A DNA stretch of 64,000 nt from Octopus bimaculoides (GCF_001194135.2 NC_068984.1:65480713-65544712), one strand, 5' to 3'; positions 1 through 13,609 are shown, counted from the stretch's first letter. The notes: generated by a model from the sequence alone, not told the origin. Numbers and translations: made by a program.

Positions 1-139
1 GTCTATGGCTCAAATTCCAAAAACTGAAATTTCCTAAGATTGATTATTTCTCTAGAATTCAATGTTTCCTCTGAGAAACATAATTAATTTTTACTTTTAT
101 ATCACTTTTCAGTTATTATTGTTATATATATATATGATA

Positions 140-436
140 ACTAGAACTCCATTGGTCCTGATGATGAGTGCTCCAGTTGATCTGATCAATAGAACAGCCT
201 GCTTGGGAAATTAAGATGCAAGTGGCTGTGCACTCAACAGACATGTGTACTCTTAATGTAGTTCTCTCATAGAGATTCAGCATGACACAGAATGGCTGGC
301 CCTTTGACATACAGGTACTACTTATTTTTGCTAGCTGAATGGACTGGAGCAACATGACATAAGGCATCTTGCTCAAGGACACAGCACACTATCATGAATT
401 GAACTCACAATCTTACAATCATTAACCAAATATCTC
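140..436 (-). mobile_element. tRNA-derived SINE, family B (shared 3' domain, head type 2)
   Basis: Shares the ~150-bp block gttgatc(c/t)gatcaa..gaacagcctgc..gcaagtggctg.gcactc.acagacatgtgtac with 10420-10775, 47775-48095 and 62325-62710. A decayed tRNA-like head lies at the right end (minus strand). Confidence 0.8.
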
Positions 437-2548
437 TCATATATATACATATATATATAGGAGGTATTTGGTTCATGATTGTAAGTATTAATTTCACTTT
501 ACATAATACATATAATAAAAATAGTGAAGCAAATAATAATATGACATAGGCAATCAAATATTACACACACTGATATGCTTTAATATCTGTATTTTTTAAA
601 AGCAATACTAAATTTAAGAATAACAGAAATTTAACCTTGAATAAATAAATATGGTAAAAAAATATTAAGGAAACAATTATATACCCTGCTTTGTTGCATT
701 ATTCAAAAAGTTCAAAAATTATTTTCTATTACCATTTCTCAATTACTGTTCGCTGTCATCTTTTAATAACCAATTTTCCTCATCTTTGTATTTTGGAGCT
801 CATTGTGTATTGGAATATTGTGCATGTAACGGGTGTTAACTAGTGAGCATCGTAACATCAACAATAAGGTCTGATCATGAGATTTTGTAAAAAGATATAT
901 TTGAAAAAACTCTTTGATATCATTGGGCAGTTAAATTTAGCTAAACAATATTGCTTCGATATGTTTCAAGTAATGAATAAAAGAAATGACAAAAATTTCT
1001 TCAAGGTTGTAAATTCATAACAAATCTGAAATATCAGACTAGTAAGAACTAATGATGTAGGTTTATTACCTTAAGATATTGACATAATCAATTATATGTA
1101 GACACAGTTGTGATAACCGTAACAATATATGTACATTATTTGAATATGTGCACAGATAAATAGTATTTCTCTGAATTTAGATAACTATTGGAGATTATAA
1201 TTCAGAGCAAGCATCATGTGTAAAATTGGTTAAGTTAAAACAGAAAATGGATATTGAAATTTGGATAAGGAATGTTTATATGAGTGATGTAGTTATTAAA
1301 CAAAGTAAAATCAATCAACAAAATCCTTCATATTAAACACTGAAGTTGTAAGCTCTATAAAAAGACTGGTGCTCAGTAGAAGAAACCAAATTATATGATC
1401 CTGGGGGAAAAATAACCATCAAAAACTTTGATGAGCTACAAGATGTAATCTTGAAAGATGTATAGTTGAAATAAAACATTAAAAAATGTTTAAACATACA
1501 TGATCTCCAGAAGTAGGTCACTCATGTTCTAAAACTGAATAACTACAATAGAGACTAGTTGAGCAGTAAACAAGTTTTAAATTATCATTCAATGAGTCTT
1601 ACCCAACCTATTTAGAAGAAGAACCCATAAGAATTAAGAAATATAATTTTATGGAATTGTGGTTATCTTTCAAAGTTATATACTTGAGAAGTATCTAAAC
1701 AGAAAATAAACTGACAATATATATAAAGACAATCCATTCACCTGCTAATAGCTATGTGGTAGGCATTGCTGCTGATACACGCATTGAGAGCTGATAGAAA
1801 ACCAATGGAAATACAGAAAATGTTTAGATAAGCCTTACAGGAAATATTAAGAACAAATCATGAAAATTTCCAACAATCACTAAATCATATATTATATTTT
1901 GACATTGTTTAATTTCTGTGCTACATTATATGTGAGTAATTATTAATGAAATGAACAGAACTAATTTCATTAGTGTCACCCCAGATAATAGTTTTGTGGA
2001 TGGTTTACTACTTAAGCTGCTAAGAACTAATAGCAGTAGAATGGTACATAGTTGATTAGAAATTTTAAAAAAAATATATAATCTTATTGTATTTCAAACA
2101 ATTTTAGAAATTATTCATAATTATATATTTTAGCTATAAAATATAAGTGTTAAATATACAAAGAACAGTATATTTACACAAGTATTTATTATAAAAATAG
2201 CTATTTAAATTCTCTAGTTAATTAACAGTAAGCATGTGATGAAAATATTAAGACATATTCAGGATCTTTATGAGTGCATGTTTGCTTGATAAGTCTAAAT
2301 ATCAGAGTTACAATACATTACATGAACAAAAATTTCTTATACTACTGCTTGTATTGTCTCATTGAACAAGTCACTTTTCCATTTCTCTTTTAAATTTTTT
2401 TATATAATTTTCTCTGTATATGTATGCATATGTGTGTATGTGAGTGAGTGGGTGTGAATGAATGAGTTTGTGTGTGTGTATGTGTGTGTGTATGCATGTG
2501 CATGCATGCATGCATATGTGCATGTATAATTGTTTGTTCGCAAACCAG

Positions 2549-2611
2549 ATTATTTCTTTATACCTGAAGCTTTTATATGGTTGGCATTAGATAACTGCAC
2601 AAGACCTTTAG
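2549..2611 (+). CDS. candidate internal coding exon (63 nt, phase 1-1), xYFFIPEAFIWLALDNCTRPL, unidentified gene
   Basis: Acceptor ttgtttgttcgcaaaccAG, donor TTAG|GTATGA, open frame. Joins in phase to 3114-3181. Confidence 0.5.
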
Positions 2612-3113
2612 GTATGAGGAAATAATTCAGTTTACCAATGCACAATTTTAACAAAATCTACACATTTCTACAACAGATGTGTATTGAGCACTTTGCATTT
2701 TTTTAAATTGAAAACAGACAAATACATGCACGCACATACACACACATACATTGTGTATGAGTGAACATGTGCAATAAGTTTTTTAATTGAAATGTTTGCA
2801 AGGGAAATCATACTTTTCTTATGTGTGCCTCCCTGTAATTAATCATTTACCTATAAAAATTTCCGAGTTCCTGGATTTAGAAACATTTAAAAATGTTCCT
2901 GAGAGAATACATTAAATAAAAGATGCTTAAATTTTGAGAAACTTGTTCTATGAATACTGTATCTTTCTTCCTATCAGATACAATAATCTATATAAAATTA
3001 TTTCTCTTATTTTTTTTCACACAAACGAAAAGATATTTGAGACAAATTTGTTAAGGTCACATAACCATTTATAACAATAAGAATGTTACGATACTTATTC
3101 CTTATTTAACAAG

Positions 3114-3181
3114 ATGGAATCGTTAGGAAGAATTTTTCAAGCTTATATAAGTGGAATAACAAGCTTATTTCACAAACACTG
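3114..3181 (+). CDS. candidate internal coding exon (68 nt, phase 1-0), DGIVRKNFSSLYKWNNKLISQTL
   Basis: Acceptor ttattccttatttaacaAG, donor CTG|GTAATG. In phase with the flanking candidates. Confidence 0.5.
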
Positions 3182-5292
3182 GTAATGTCCTCCCTTTATT
3201 ATTGCTCAGTTTTTCTGATGGTCTTACATTGAGCCACTAAAGTGGTGTAGAACAGTTTTAATATGTATGGATGCTGTAGAAATAGTAAAACACTAGAATC
3301 TGTTTTGATATTAAGGAGACAGAAATAGATAAATTACAGCAAAAATAATTTGAAACTTGAAATATAATTATTGAAGAAATGCAGAGTTGGTTGATGAAGT
3401 GTTTTATACACTTATTGATATTTTATATAATATTCTTGTGTCTGCTGTTGTTGTTGTTGCTGATGCTGCTGCTGCTTAGATGATACTAATACTACAGAGG
3501 GGATAAAATTTGCAGTAGAAAAATACAAAATGAGAAGAAAAGCTAAGATGTGAAATGAAATGACCACATGATTATATAAATAGATAGATGTTATAGATAT
3601 TCAGGCAATTATCAACAACTATTGTTAAAATCTAGCACAAAAAAAAACAATAAACGTAAGATATACAACTTTTATTAAAAAAATCTTTGAATAAAAATCA
3701 ATGGGTAACGCTTCACTATATAGCTGCCACTAACATGCATATATTCTTCAGTTTGTAGAATACATGTTTATTTTTAATATAGAGAGATGTATATTCTTCT
3801 GCCAGCATTTTTTTTTACCATTCAAGACACTGTATTCTTTAAAAGTGGAATCATATTTTTGTTTAAATCCTCTTCTTAAAATTCTATCCTTCTGAAAAGA
3901 TTTTTTGAATTTTGATAAAAATGATTAATTTTTTTCTTCATTATTAAAAACATGAAGAATTCCTACTAAATTGCATCATATATGTTCATCAGTTAAAATA
4001 AGCTAAGTGGTTTCTTGCTATTTCTGTTCCTATTACTTGATGTGTCAATACTATGCTACTGATAATAAGAATTTTCACAGAGATAATAATCCAAAAATAC
4101 CAATGACAGTAGCAGCAGTAAACGCAGTGACAATTAGAGAAGTAGAAGAAGAAATACACAAAAATAAGTAATGAAGAAAAAATATATACATCATAATATC
4201 TTTTGAGGGTGTGTGAAAAGTAAGCATTAATTAGCTCCCTATAAGGTAAGAAATAAGGTAAGTAATAAAAAAAAATATTTAGACTTTAAGGTAATAAATA
4301 TTTATTATTGTATTTGAAAAGTAAAAGAGAAACAAAAATAGCCTATCTTTATCCCTATATGATATGACAGCGTCGAGGTGGTATTTCATTTGATGAAATC
4401 TTAAATTTACTTATGCAATATTAGAAGCTTAAACTTGGTTAATAACCTAATATTCCTTAATTATTGGAGAGAAAATCATTTATTTATCACTTAGTTCTTT
4501 TTCTTCTTTTTTTTTTCTTTTCACTTCTTTTTCCTATGAGAAAATTGGCTGGTTATATCAAAGAAGTTAATTTTGGTACCCACACTTAGATTTTCCATTT
4601 CCTGAAGAGTAGCTATTATAAGCAATGGTTATAAAAGATGACAGTAGAATTACCAGTACAGATGTGATTGGGTGTCATTTAGAGGAAAAGGAAAAGAAAA
4701 AGATCTATGGCAGAGAGAATTATAAACCTCCATAAGCTTCTATAGTTTTACCTTTAGTTTAAAATATTCATTTAAGACGTTTAATGTATTTTCATCTTGT
4801 GCTACATTTTAGTATATGATGATATTATTAAATTATATTTAGGGTATTTACAACATTAATCTAAAGACATGGAAAAATAATAAAAAATTACACAAATAGT
4901 TGAATTATAATACATAAATATGCATTTTTTGTTGCTTTCCTGCAACTCTCAACAAGTAAATTTCAATCATTCTTCTATTTATCTCCATGTTCAATTAGTT
5001 ACACATACTTGCTATCAAATAATTTGATAAGAACTACTTTCCTTTTGATAAAATAATGACAGTTATAATGAATTTCTTTTTTTACTAGGTAGAGACAACA
5101 GAAAAACCAGAAAAGATAGGAAAAATACCAAAATTTTACAAAAGCTATTTCTGTTATATGAGATTATTTAGATGACAAATTACTTAAATTTATAGCTTGC
5201 AATGACACTGTCTCTTGGAATACTAATCGCACAAAACATTAAGGCTGCCCATGTGCAAAATGAAAAAAGCAAAATTTCATTTTTGTACATAG

Positions 5293-5328
5293 CTTATTGA
5301 GCTGATGAAAGGGAAAACACTGCTGTCT
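5293..5328 (+). CDS. candidate internal coding exon (36 nt, phase 0-0), LIELMKGKTLLS
   Basis: Acceptor ttcatttttgtacatAG, donor TCT|GTGAGC. Continues the frame of 3114-3181. Confidence 0.45.
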
Positions 5329-5544
5329 GTGAGCTTGACACTTTCCTTTAATTCTTCTAAATATACAGACACATTAACATACCCCTGCAAACTTCCAAGA
5401 AAACAAACAACAGTAAGTAACAACAGAAAAAACAGGAACAATTAGGAAAGAGGTAAAGGATTGTTGTGGAGAAAGAGAAACCCATTTACTTTCCATTCAT
5501 TTAACAGTTTTATTGCTATGTGAAAATATTTGGATATATCTATG

Positions 5545-5610
5545 TACACATATACACACACACACACACACATACACACACACATGCACACACACACACA
5601 CACATGCACA
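5545..5610. repeat. (CA)n microsatellite
   Basis: Direct reading; source of the HTHT/YTYT pseudo-ORFs. Confidence 0.95.
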
Positions 5611-7339
5611 CTATCGCAAGGATATACAAAAATATAGGCAAACTAAAGTGGCATCATGCCTCGATTATGGTTTCTCATTCAATCAAGGATGCTTTCTTTT
5701 AAAATTAAATCTATAAATAAAATAAAATCTATAAATGTTGCTAATATAAAGTCTTGTTTTAGCATGTATTAATCATATAAATGGTGTTATTATTTTATTG
5801 ACTTATATATCTTTAATTTAATATTTCAGATGAACATATATTTATGTATTTTTAGTAATCAATAACAACAAAACTATAGAACTCATACTCAACAAACTGA
5901 CCCCACCACAACCATCACCGTTTACAAAAAAAAATAAATAACCAAAAATTGGGAGATTTATTATTAAAAAAAAATGATCAAGTTCTTCCTGTAATATTAT
6001 ACATATCTGTTTTATCAAAATCATTATATAAATTCATATGAAAGCAACCATTTCAAGACATTTTTATACATTTATTTCAGTTAAAAAATGTATGTTTTTA
6101 GAAAAAAATACAGAGATAGATAGAGAACGAGAGAGATAGATGGAGAGTGAGACAGACAGTCAGGTAGACAGAGAGGGAGAGAGAGAGGAAAAGAAAGAGG
6201 AAGAGAGAAATACTATAAACTGTGATCTTGATGGTGACTTTTGCTCATCATATAGAATGGATAGTATGAAGGAAGGAATAGATTTGTAGATTCAAAAATA
6301 TGGCATTGAGTATTTCAGTTAAGACTTATAAAAATCTCAATCGAGAATTATATATTAATACAAATATAGCACACATTCATACATTTGGAATTATATTATA
6401 GATTGATAATGACATTTATGTTTCTGCATACTTGTACTTACTTTTGTATCAGAATGTGTATACCGTGACACTGTTGATCATACCAGTTATTTTATATAGT
6501 CCCTGGCTTTCTTGTAGCATCATGATTTAATATCATTTAGCAGTCAACAGTGCCATAAATGATGGCATCGTTTTTCCAAAGTAAACTCCTCAGTCCATAA
6601 CACATCAGATGGCAGCAGACTGTAGTAGAAATATTAGAGACTAAGATATGAGCTTGGCTCTTGTCCATCTCATCTGCACATGGTCTACCAGTTACTAGCT
6701 AACACTCTTTCCTCGATGGACACAGCAGAGAGCAGTCTTCTTCAGCTAAACATGCTTTTTACACCACTGAGCAAATGGGTTTTAATAGAGAACTGAACGT
6801 GCTGCTTTGTATCCACTTTAGTAGCAGTCCAACGGTATCCATGGCATTGTTATCTAGTTGTATGGAATACACTTTCACAGAGTAGACTACTATTTTAAAA
6901 TAGTTATAGTTAAAATAAATAGATAACATCAAAGCTACTCCAAAAACAAAGCAAAAAAAAATACACACACACAAAATAATTCAGCAAAATTAATTGATTT
7001 TAAAGGAGGTGGGGGGGACTATGCTTTCATCAGACAACAATATGTAAAAGTCTTTTTTTTTTTTCTGTTGTTGTTTGTGTTTGTTAAGTGATGCATGGAA
7101 CATTCCATTCAGTGATAAATATATAGAGGACACCCAAAAAATATGATAGGCAGTATCCAAGAAAGTGAAATGACTGTCAGCTGACAAGTGGGCAGATGAA
7201 TACAGAGAGGCACCTGATAGATTCAAACCTTGCAATCAACATGGATTCCACGTTTGGCTGAAAATATTTTCATCTAAATAAGCATTATGCGAACAATCAC
7301 AGTTGTGACTGTTGTCTCATATTCCCTGCATGTGGTAGA

Positions 7340-7690
7340 GCCATGTAACAACAGCAGCAGCATCAACAGCAGTAGCATCGATGGTGGTAGCAATGTTAGT
7401 AGAAGTGGCAGCAGCAACAGTGTCAGTAATGTCAGCAGCTGCAGCATCAGAAACAACATCAGCAACAACAACCGTACAGTAGAAAATGTTCACAGCAGCA
7501 GCAGCAGCAACAACAGTGGCAGTAATGTCGGCAACGTCAGTAGCAGCAGCAGCAACAGTAGCAACAGAGGCAGCGATTGCAAGAGGTAGACAGCAATACC
7601 AAGCAGCATCAGTGTTGATGCTAGTGCTGGTACTAGCACCAATAAGACAAAAGTGGCAGCTAATACCTATAGCAGCAACACTAGTAGTAC
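7340..7690. repeat. degenerate trinucleotide low-complexity tract (CAG/CAA/TAG)
   Basis: agcagcagcaacaacagtagcagc-type tract; source of the poly-S/A/L pseudo-ORFs. Confidence 0.85.
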
Positions 7691-8371
7691 AATGATAGAT
7701 ATCTCATTAATATCTAATGCAATAAAACTGAACCACTACAAAGGTAAATTTAATACATTACTGTTACCATCTTAAAAGGTAGAAATATAGTAAAATAGCT
7801 GCCTTCTTCGAGTCATCTTCTGCGACACCATTTCTGAAGCGGAATTTTGTGATCTTGAATTCTCCTATCTATTGGTTTACACTTCTGTCTTTCTACGTAT
7901 TACTCAAAACATATATCACTCTCTAACTGTATTTGTATATGGAGGCATCTATTTCCTCATCTGCTTAACCTATGATACCAATATTTCACTATCTCAACAT
8001 CCTTTTACCTAGCAACCTGTTTCCCTGGTTATGAGTATGATTATCTTTCAGTTTATTCTTTCAATTACATATTTCTCTTATATAATTGCATTTTTTGGAT
8101 ATCTGTCTTTCTATCTTTAATTTGCTTCATCAAACACTCACTTTTATTAAAATTCTGTATTCTTTTTCCTTTTATGTACAGTCTTTGTATGAATACTTTC
8201 CATATCTTTTCTTCCACATCTCTTTCACTTGATTCACTTTTCATTATTCAACCCATGACATATTTTCTTAGCTTCTTTTTCCACATCAGATCTATCCCTA
8301 TCACAGTGTCCATTATTCTATGTCTCTAGCTGATTTCCCACTTTTTGTGTTACTGGCACACCATACATCCT

Positions 8372-8382
8372 TACATACACTC

Positions 8383-8415
<33 letters not shown>

Positions 8416-8580
8416 CATACATATATACACACATACATACATACAAATACACACACGTATGTATGTATGTATGTATGTATGTATGTATGTGTGTGTGTGT
8501 ATAAAGAATATATGAGATCTCTGAAATGCAAAACATGGGGAAAAATAGCTATAGATATTAAATAATAGATACACATGTAA

Positions 8581-8661
<81 letters not shown>

Positions 8662-9321
8662 TACATACACACACACACACATAGACAGACAAACAGAAAT
8701 TCAGACAGATGAATTACAGAAACAATGTCTTCAACACCCAAACACTTATATGTATTTTTTTCATTATATACATACATCTAAATATGTACATATATGTGTG
8801 TGTGCATACATGTATATATTTATACAGACACACACACACACGTGCACACACACATACATACACACATTCATATATTCATTCATAGACACATTTCAGAAAA
8901 GCAAGCACTAAAACATTAAATCTATAAATTAAAATAAAATATGAATCAATGAATACATGTATACAGATATAATTATAATGTTTGTATTTACATACATACA
9001 CACACACAAATATACATACATACACATAACTATCCAGAAATTTTACATATAGATTTGCTCTGTGCATGTGTGTGAAAATGTGTTTTGTGTGTGTGTGTGT
9101 GTGTGTGTGTGTTTGTGTGCACATATGTATCATATATATGTGTATATATCTTATATACATTATAAGACACATAAGTATCATATATATATGTGTATATATC
9201 TTATATACATTACATCTACATATTAACTATATATATACATGTACAACAAACACACACACACACACACACACATGCCCATATACATATATTCAGTGTGTTT
9301 ATATACATATATGTATGTGTT

Positions 9322-9390
<69 letters not shown>
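8372..9390. repeat. compound microsatellite cluster (ATAC)n/(AT)n/(GT)n/(CA)n
   Basis: Direct reading. Includes a long (AT)n at ~8585-8656 and a ~50-bp local duplication at ~9125-9212. Confidence 0.95.
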
Positions 9391-9767
9391 CTAATGAATT
9401 ACAAACATTTAATTATTAAAGTGGAAAAATTAGGAGAAAAATTATTCAGTTGTTTTCAAATATATAATACTGTACCAAAGACTTTCTATTTCTAAATCTA
9501 CTATTTATATTCATACATATACACGTACATAAGTACATACATATACATACATAAATACATACATATACATACATACTTAAATGATGATGATGATATATGC
9601 ATACATATATGCACATACATTCATTTCCACATATATACACACACACTTTTTTTATTTTCTCCATTGAAATTGATTTAATCAGAATGGACTACTTTCAAAT
9701 GTAGTAGTCAATACATGATACAAACATACAGCTTTATCTGTGTGTTCACATATATCTCTTTCTTTCA

Positions 9768-9827
<60 letters not shown>

Positions 9828-10242
9828 CTTTATATACATACTGACACATATATTTGAGTATATATATATATATATATATGCATGTATATGTGTACACACA
9901 CTAGCACATACACATTCCTCTACATGTATATGTGAATACAGGTGTGTGTGTATTTGTAGTAGGTGTGAACAGGTTTAGTTACAATCAAAACAATGTACAC
10001 GACACACCTTTTGGATGAGCTGGGATGCATCATCAGTGATGTGACCTTCAGGCATTAGGTGATGCAGGTATTTAACTGACAGCCATTCTCACCCAGGTGA
10101 CCCAGCCAGGACTAACCAGGCCTTGGCTAACAACAACCTATGGATCACTCCTTCTATTTCAAAGCTCCTCAGTGGCTTTCACTGGTATCTTACTTGCAGA
10201 CTGAATTAACTCACTTCTTTGTCTTAACTCTAAAGCTAATTT

Positions 10243-11020
10243 GGCTGTGGAATTGTTGTATGGTAAGAAACTTGCTTCCCATCCACATGGTTCTAGGTTC
10301 AGTCCCACTGCATAGCATCTTGAGCAAGTGTCTTCTATTATAGCTGTGGGCCAACCAAAGCCTTGGTAGACGGAAACTGAAAAAAGCCCACTGTATGTGT
10401 ATATATATATATATATATCATGACACTCTGTTGGTTATGACGACAAGGATTCTAGTTGATCCGATCAAAGAAACAACCTACTCGTGAAATTAATATGCAA
10501 GTGGCTGAGCACTCCACAGACATGTGTACCCTTAACGTAGTTCTCGGAGATATTCAGCTTGACACAGTGTGTGACAATGCTGGCCCTTTGAAATACAGGA
10601 ACAACAAAAACAAGAAGAAAGAGAGAAATTTGTGGTGAAAGAGTACAGCAGGGATCGTCACCACCCCCTGTCAGAGCCTCATGGAGCATTAGGCATCTTC
10701 GTTCAATGAACACTTACAACGCCTCGTCTGGAAATCGAGTCCGCTGCCCTAACCAATGGGCCATTGCGCCTCCACACATATAAATATATATATGTAGGTA
10801 TGTATTTATGTGTGTGTCTGTGTTTGTGCCCCTCACCAAGCCGTTGGTTGACAACCGATGCTGGTGCGTTTATGTCCTCATAGCTTAGTGGTTTGGCAAA
10901 AGAGACCAATAGAAGAAGTACTAGGCTTACAAAGAATAAATCCTAGGGTTGATTTCTTCGACTAGAATCTTTTTAGATGGTGCTCCAGCATGGCCACAGT
11001 CAAATGACTGAGAAAATAAC
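10243..11020 (+). mobile_element. tRNA-derived SINE, family A, split by a nested family-B SINE
   Basis: 5' half (tggtaagaa.cttgcttccc..ccacatggttc..ggttcagtcccactg..cttg.gcaagtgtcttcta) ends at an (AT)n near 10420. The 3' half (gtgtctgtgtttgt..acaaccgatgctggtg..ctccagcatggccacagtcaaatgactg) resumes at ~10790. Same family as 34771-35180 and 62903-63270. Confidence 0.85.
10420..10775 (-). mobile_element. tRNA-derived SINE, family B (head type 1), nested insertion
   Basis: Minus-strand head gtggaggcgcaatggcccattggttagggcagcggactc (A-box-like). Highly similar to 62325-62710. Confidence 0.85.
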
Positions 11021-11129
11021 AGAATCCTGCATTGCCTCTCCCGCCCTATATTTATAAACTCATAGTATGTCACTCAACATTTATCCTGGTACTTCCCTTT
11101 CATTGTCTTCTCCAGTATACTTTTCCTAG

Positions 11130-11213
11130 GATACTGTAACTTCCAGATGATCAGCTCTTTTGACAACCCAGAAATGATGACCAAGTCAAGCTGGTGTTCT
11201 GAATTTACAACAG
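11130..11213 (+). CDS. candidate internal coding exon (84 nt, phase 1-1), xYCNFQMISSFDNPEMMTKSSWCSEFTT; alternative phase-0 acceptor at 11147
   Basis: Acceptor tatacttttcctAG, donor CAG|GTGAAA, open frame. Ends in phase 1, matching the start phase of 22375-22466. Confidence 0.4.
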
Positions 11214-11388
11214 GTGAAAACTACAGGATACACTGTACCTGATATGCTGGGTGTTATGTTCTGTGTATGTAAGCCTTGCTCTTAACAAATATATACAAAA
11301 ATAATGCATGACAAACATTCATCATAATATTTGTACATGTGCATACCTGTATACATGTGTGTACATTTACATGTGTGTGTGTGTGTGC

Positions 11389-11442
<54 letters not shown>

Positions 11443-11834
11443 ACACACATACATGCAGAGAAGTGAAAATGAAACTAGTCATATACATACATACATACAA
11501 ACATACACAAATATATGTGTGTTTGCATGTGTGTATATATATATATATATATGTATATTTATAATATTTTGGACTATATGTTGATTACTGTATTGAAGTG
11601 TTGAGTAGAGCACTGGCACAGTTTGGAGTACCTGGTGTCATCTGAGGTTGGGGTATATTTCCATTGGATCTACTTCAGGAACTCAGCAGTGTTAGTTGAG
11701 ATAGTAATAATGTTTTAAGTAACCAGAATATGGATTTGGCATTAATCTTTATTTTGTACAATGGTGTTGCATCCATTTGTTATATGCCCATCTGTGGGCA
11801 TATAACATGACAGCAGCTAAAACTCAAGATCTTC

Positions 11835-12428
11835 AGCAAGACGCAACTTTATGTATGGATGTACCTGATGAGACCCAGACTACAAAATGGATGCAGCACA
11901 ACATGTTGAGAACAGAGTCCCACCCAAAAGGGACAGTAGTAGGATGGGTCAAAATGACCGTTATACAAAGTAAAGATTTATACCAAATCCATCTTCTAGT
12001 CACTTAAGAAATTATATATATATATATATTTACTAGTTTATGGCCCCCGTAACTTAGCAGTTTGGCAGAAGACACCAATATAAGTAACAGGCTTATAAAA
12101 AACATAAGCTTCATAGATACATATATATATATATATATATATATGTATCTATGAAGCTTATGTTTTTTATAAGCCTGTTACTTATATTGGTGTCTTCTGC
12201 CAAACTGCTAAGTTACGGGGGCCATAAACTAGTAAATATATATATATATAATTTCTTAAGTGACTAGAAGATGGATTTGGTATAAATCTTTACTTTGTAT
12301 AACGGTCATTTTGACCCATCCTACTACTGTCCCTTTTGGGTGGGACTCTGTTCTCAACATGTTGTGCTGCATCCATTTTGTAGTCTGGGTCTCATCAGGT
12401 ACATCCATACATAAAGTTGCGTCTTGCT
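11835..12428. repeat. near-perfect 594-bp palindrome centred on (AT)12
   Basis: 11835-12120 is the reverse complement of 12145-12428, apart from one AT unit in an internal microsatellite. Spacer is the (AT)n at 12121-12144. Confidence 0.95.
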
Positions 12429-12475
12429 AACAGGCTTATAAAAAACATAAGCTTCATACATACATACATATATAT

Positions 12476-12745
12476 CTGGATGCCCTTCCTAATGCTAACC
12501 ACTCTGAGAGTGTAGTGGGTGCTTTTACATGCCACTGGCATGACTGGCCTTTGTGCTGGTGGCACGTAAAAGTACCCACTACACTCTCCGAGTGGTTGGC
12601 GTTAGGAAGGGCATCCAGCTCTGTAGAAACTCTGCCAAATCAGATAGGAGCATGGTGTAGCCATATGGTTTCACCAGTCCTCAGTCAAATCGTCCAACCC
12701 ATGCTAGCATGGAAAGCGGACGTTAACCGATGATGATCATGATGA
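12476..12745 (+). mobile_element. short retroelement (family D, probably RTE-tail related) with inverted 5' part forming a 65-bp hairpin
   Basis: 3' end ccatgctagcatggaaagcggacgttaa followed by (gat)n. 12476-12540 is the inverted copy of 12554-12618 (7 mismatches). Confidence 0.75.
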
Positions 12746-13609
12746 TATATATATGTAGGTATGTATGTATGTATATATGAAGCTTATGTTTTTTATAAGC
12801 CTGTTACTTATATCAGTGACTTCTGCCAAACTGTTAAGTCATGGGGGCCATAAACTAATAAATATAAATTGCCATGCAACAGCTGCCAAGGGCAACATGC
12901 ACAAGCACACACACATAACAGTTATCTGCAGTTTCTGTCAGCTAAATTCCCTCATCATACATTGGTAAGTTCAATCATATAGTAGAAGACACTTGCCCCA
13001 GGTACAAGCAAAGTACTGTGTAGAAGTCTGCCATACATATATATATATTTATATGCACACACACACGCACATGCGCGCATGCATATAAACATACATATAC
13101 GCAAACATTAATATATAGGTTTATGTGCTTGAGACAGAGAGAGAGAGAATGCCATTCTCTATGTCTTTACATCATGCGCTTACTTTAGACAAACATCACT
13201 GTTATGCAAGAAATGCTATTTGTTGCAATCATCCATGTAAACATGACTCGCCAATGCAGTCTTTGAGCTCAAAGAGCAAGGGAAGCAGTCACCTTACTAA
13301 GAAATGGTTGAAGGTTGGTGACTGGAAGAGCATCAAGTCATAGAAAACATACCTCTAGAAATTTCATTTGACCCATGCAAGCATAGAAATGTGGATGTTA
13401 AAACAATGGTAATGATAATGATGTTACTGGTTAAAAAATGGGCCAAGACAAATGCTAACCTCTAGATTTAGTAAAACATATTGTACTGAATTGCAAGAAC
13501 ATTACCAAATATCACAAGTGTCTATAGGCCAGACAGCATGATGGCTAAATTGTTCTGACTATAATAACCAAAATAACACCAGTGCTATTATATCAGTGTA
13601 TAAGATTAA

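Noticed and set aside
4370-4423. RRGGISFDEILNLLMQY*, an EF-hand-like peptide after an AG
   Set aside because: Ends in a stop, has no good donor in a compatible phase, and would truncate the candidate exon chain.
7790-8330. Purine-rich minus-strand tract resembling a decayed LINE/Penelope ORF
   Set aside because: No diagnostic motif could be read. Too degraded to call.
11860-11960. Possible hammerhead ribozyme: CTGATGA-GACCC ... GGGTC-AAAA
   Set aside because: GAAA is replaced by AAAA, the stem II loop would be ~70 nt, and no stem III / UH cleavage site can be formed.
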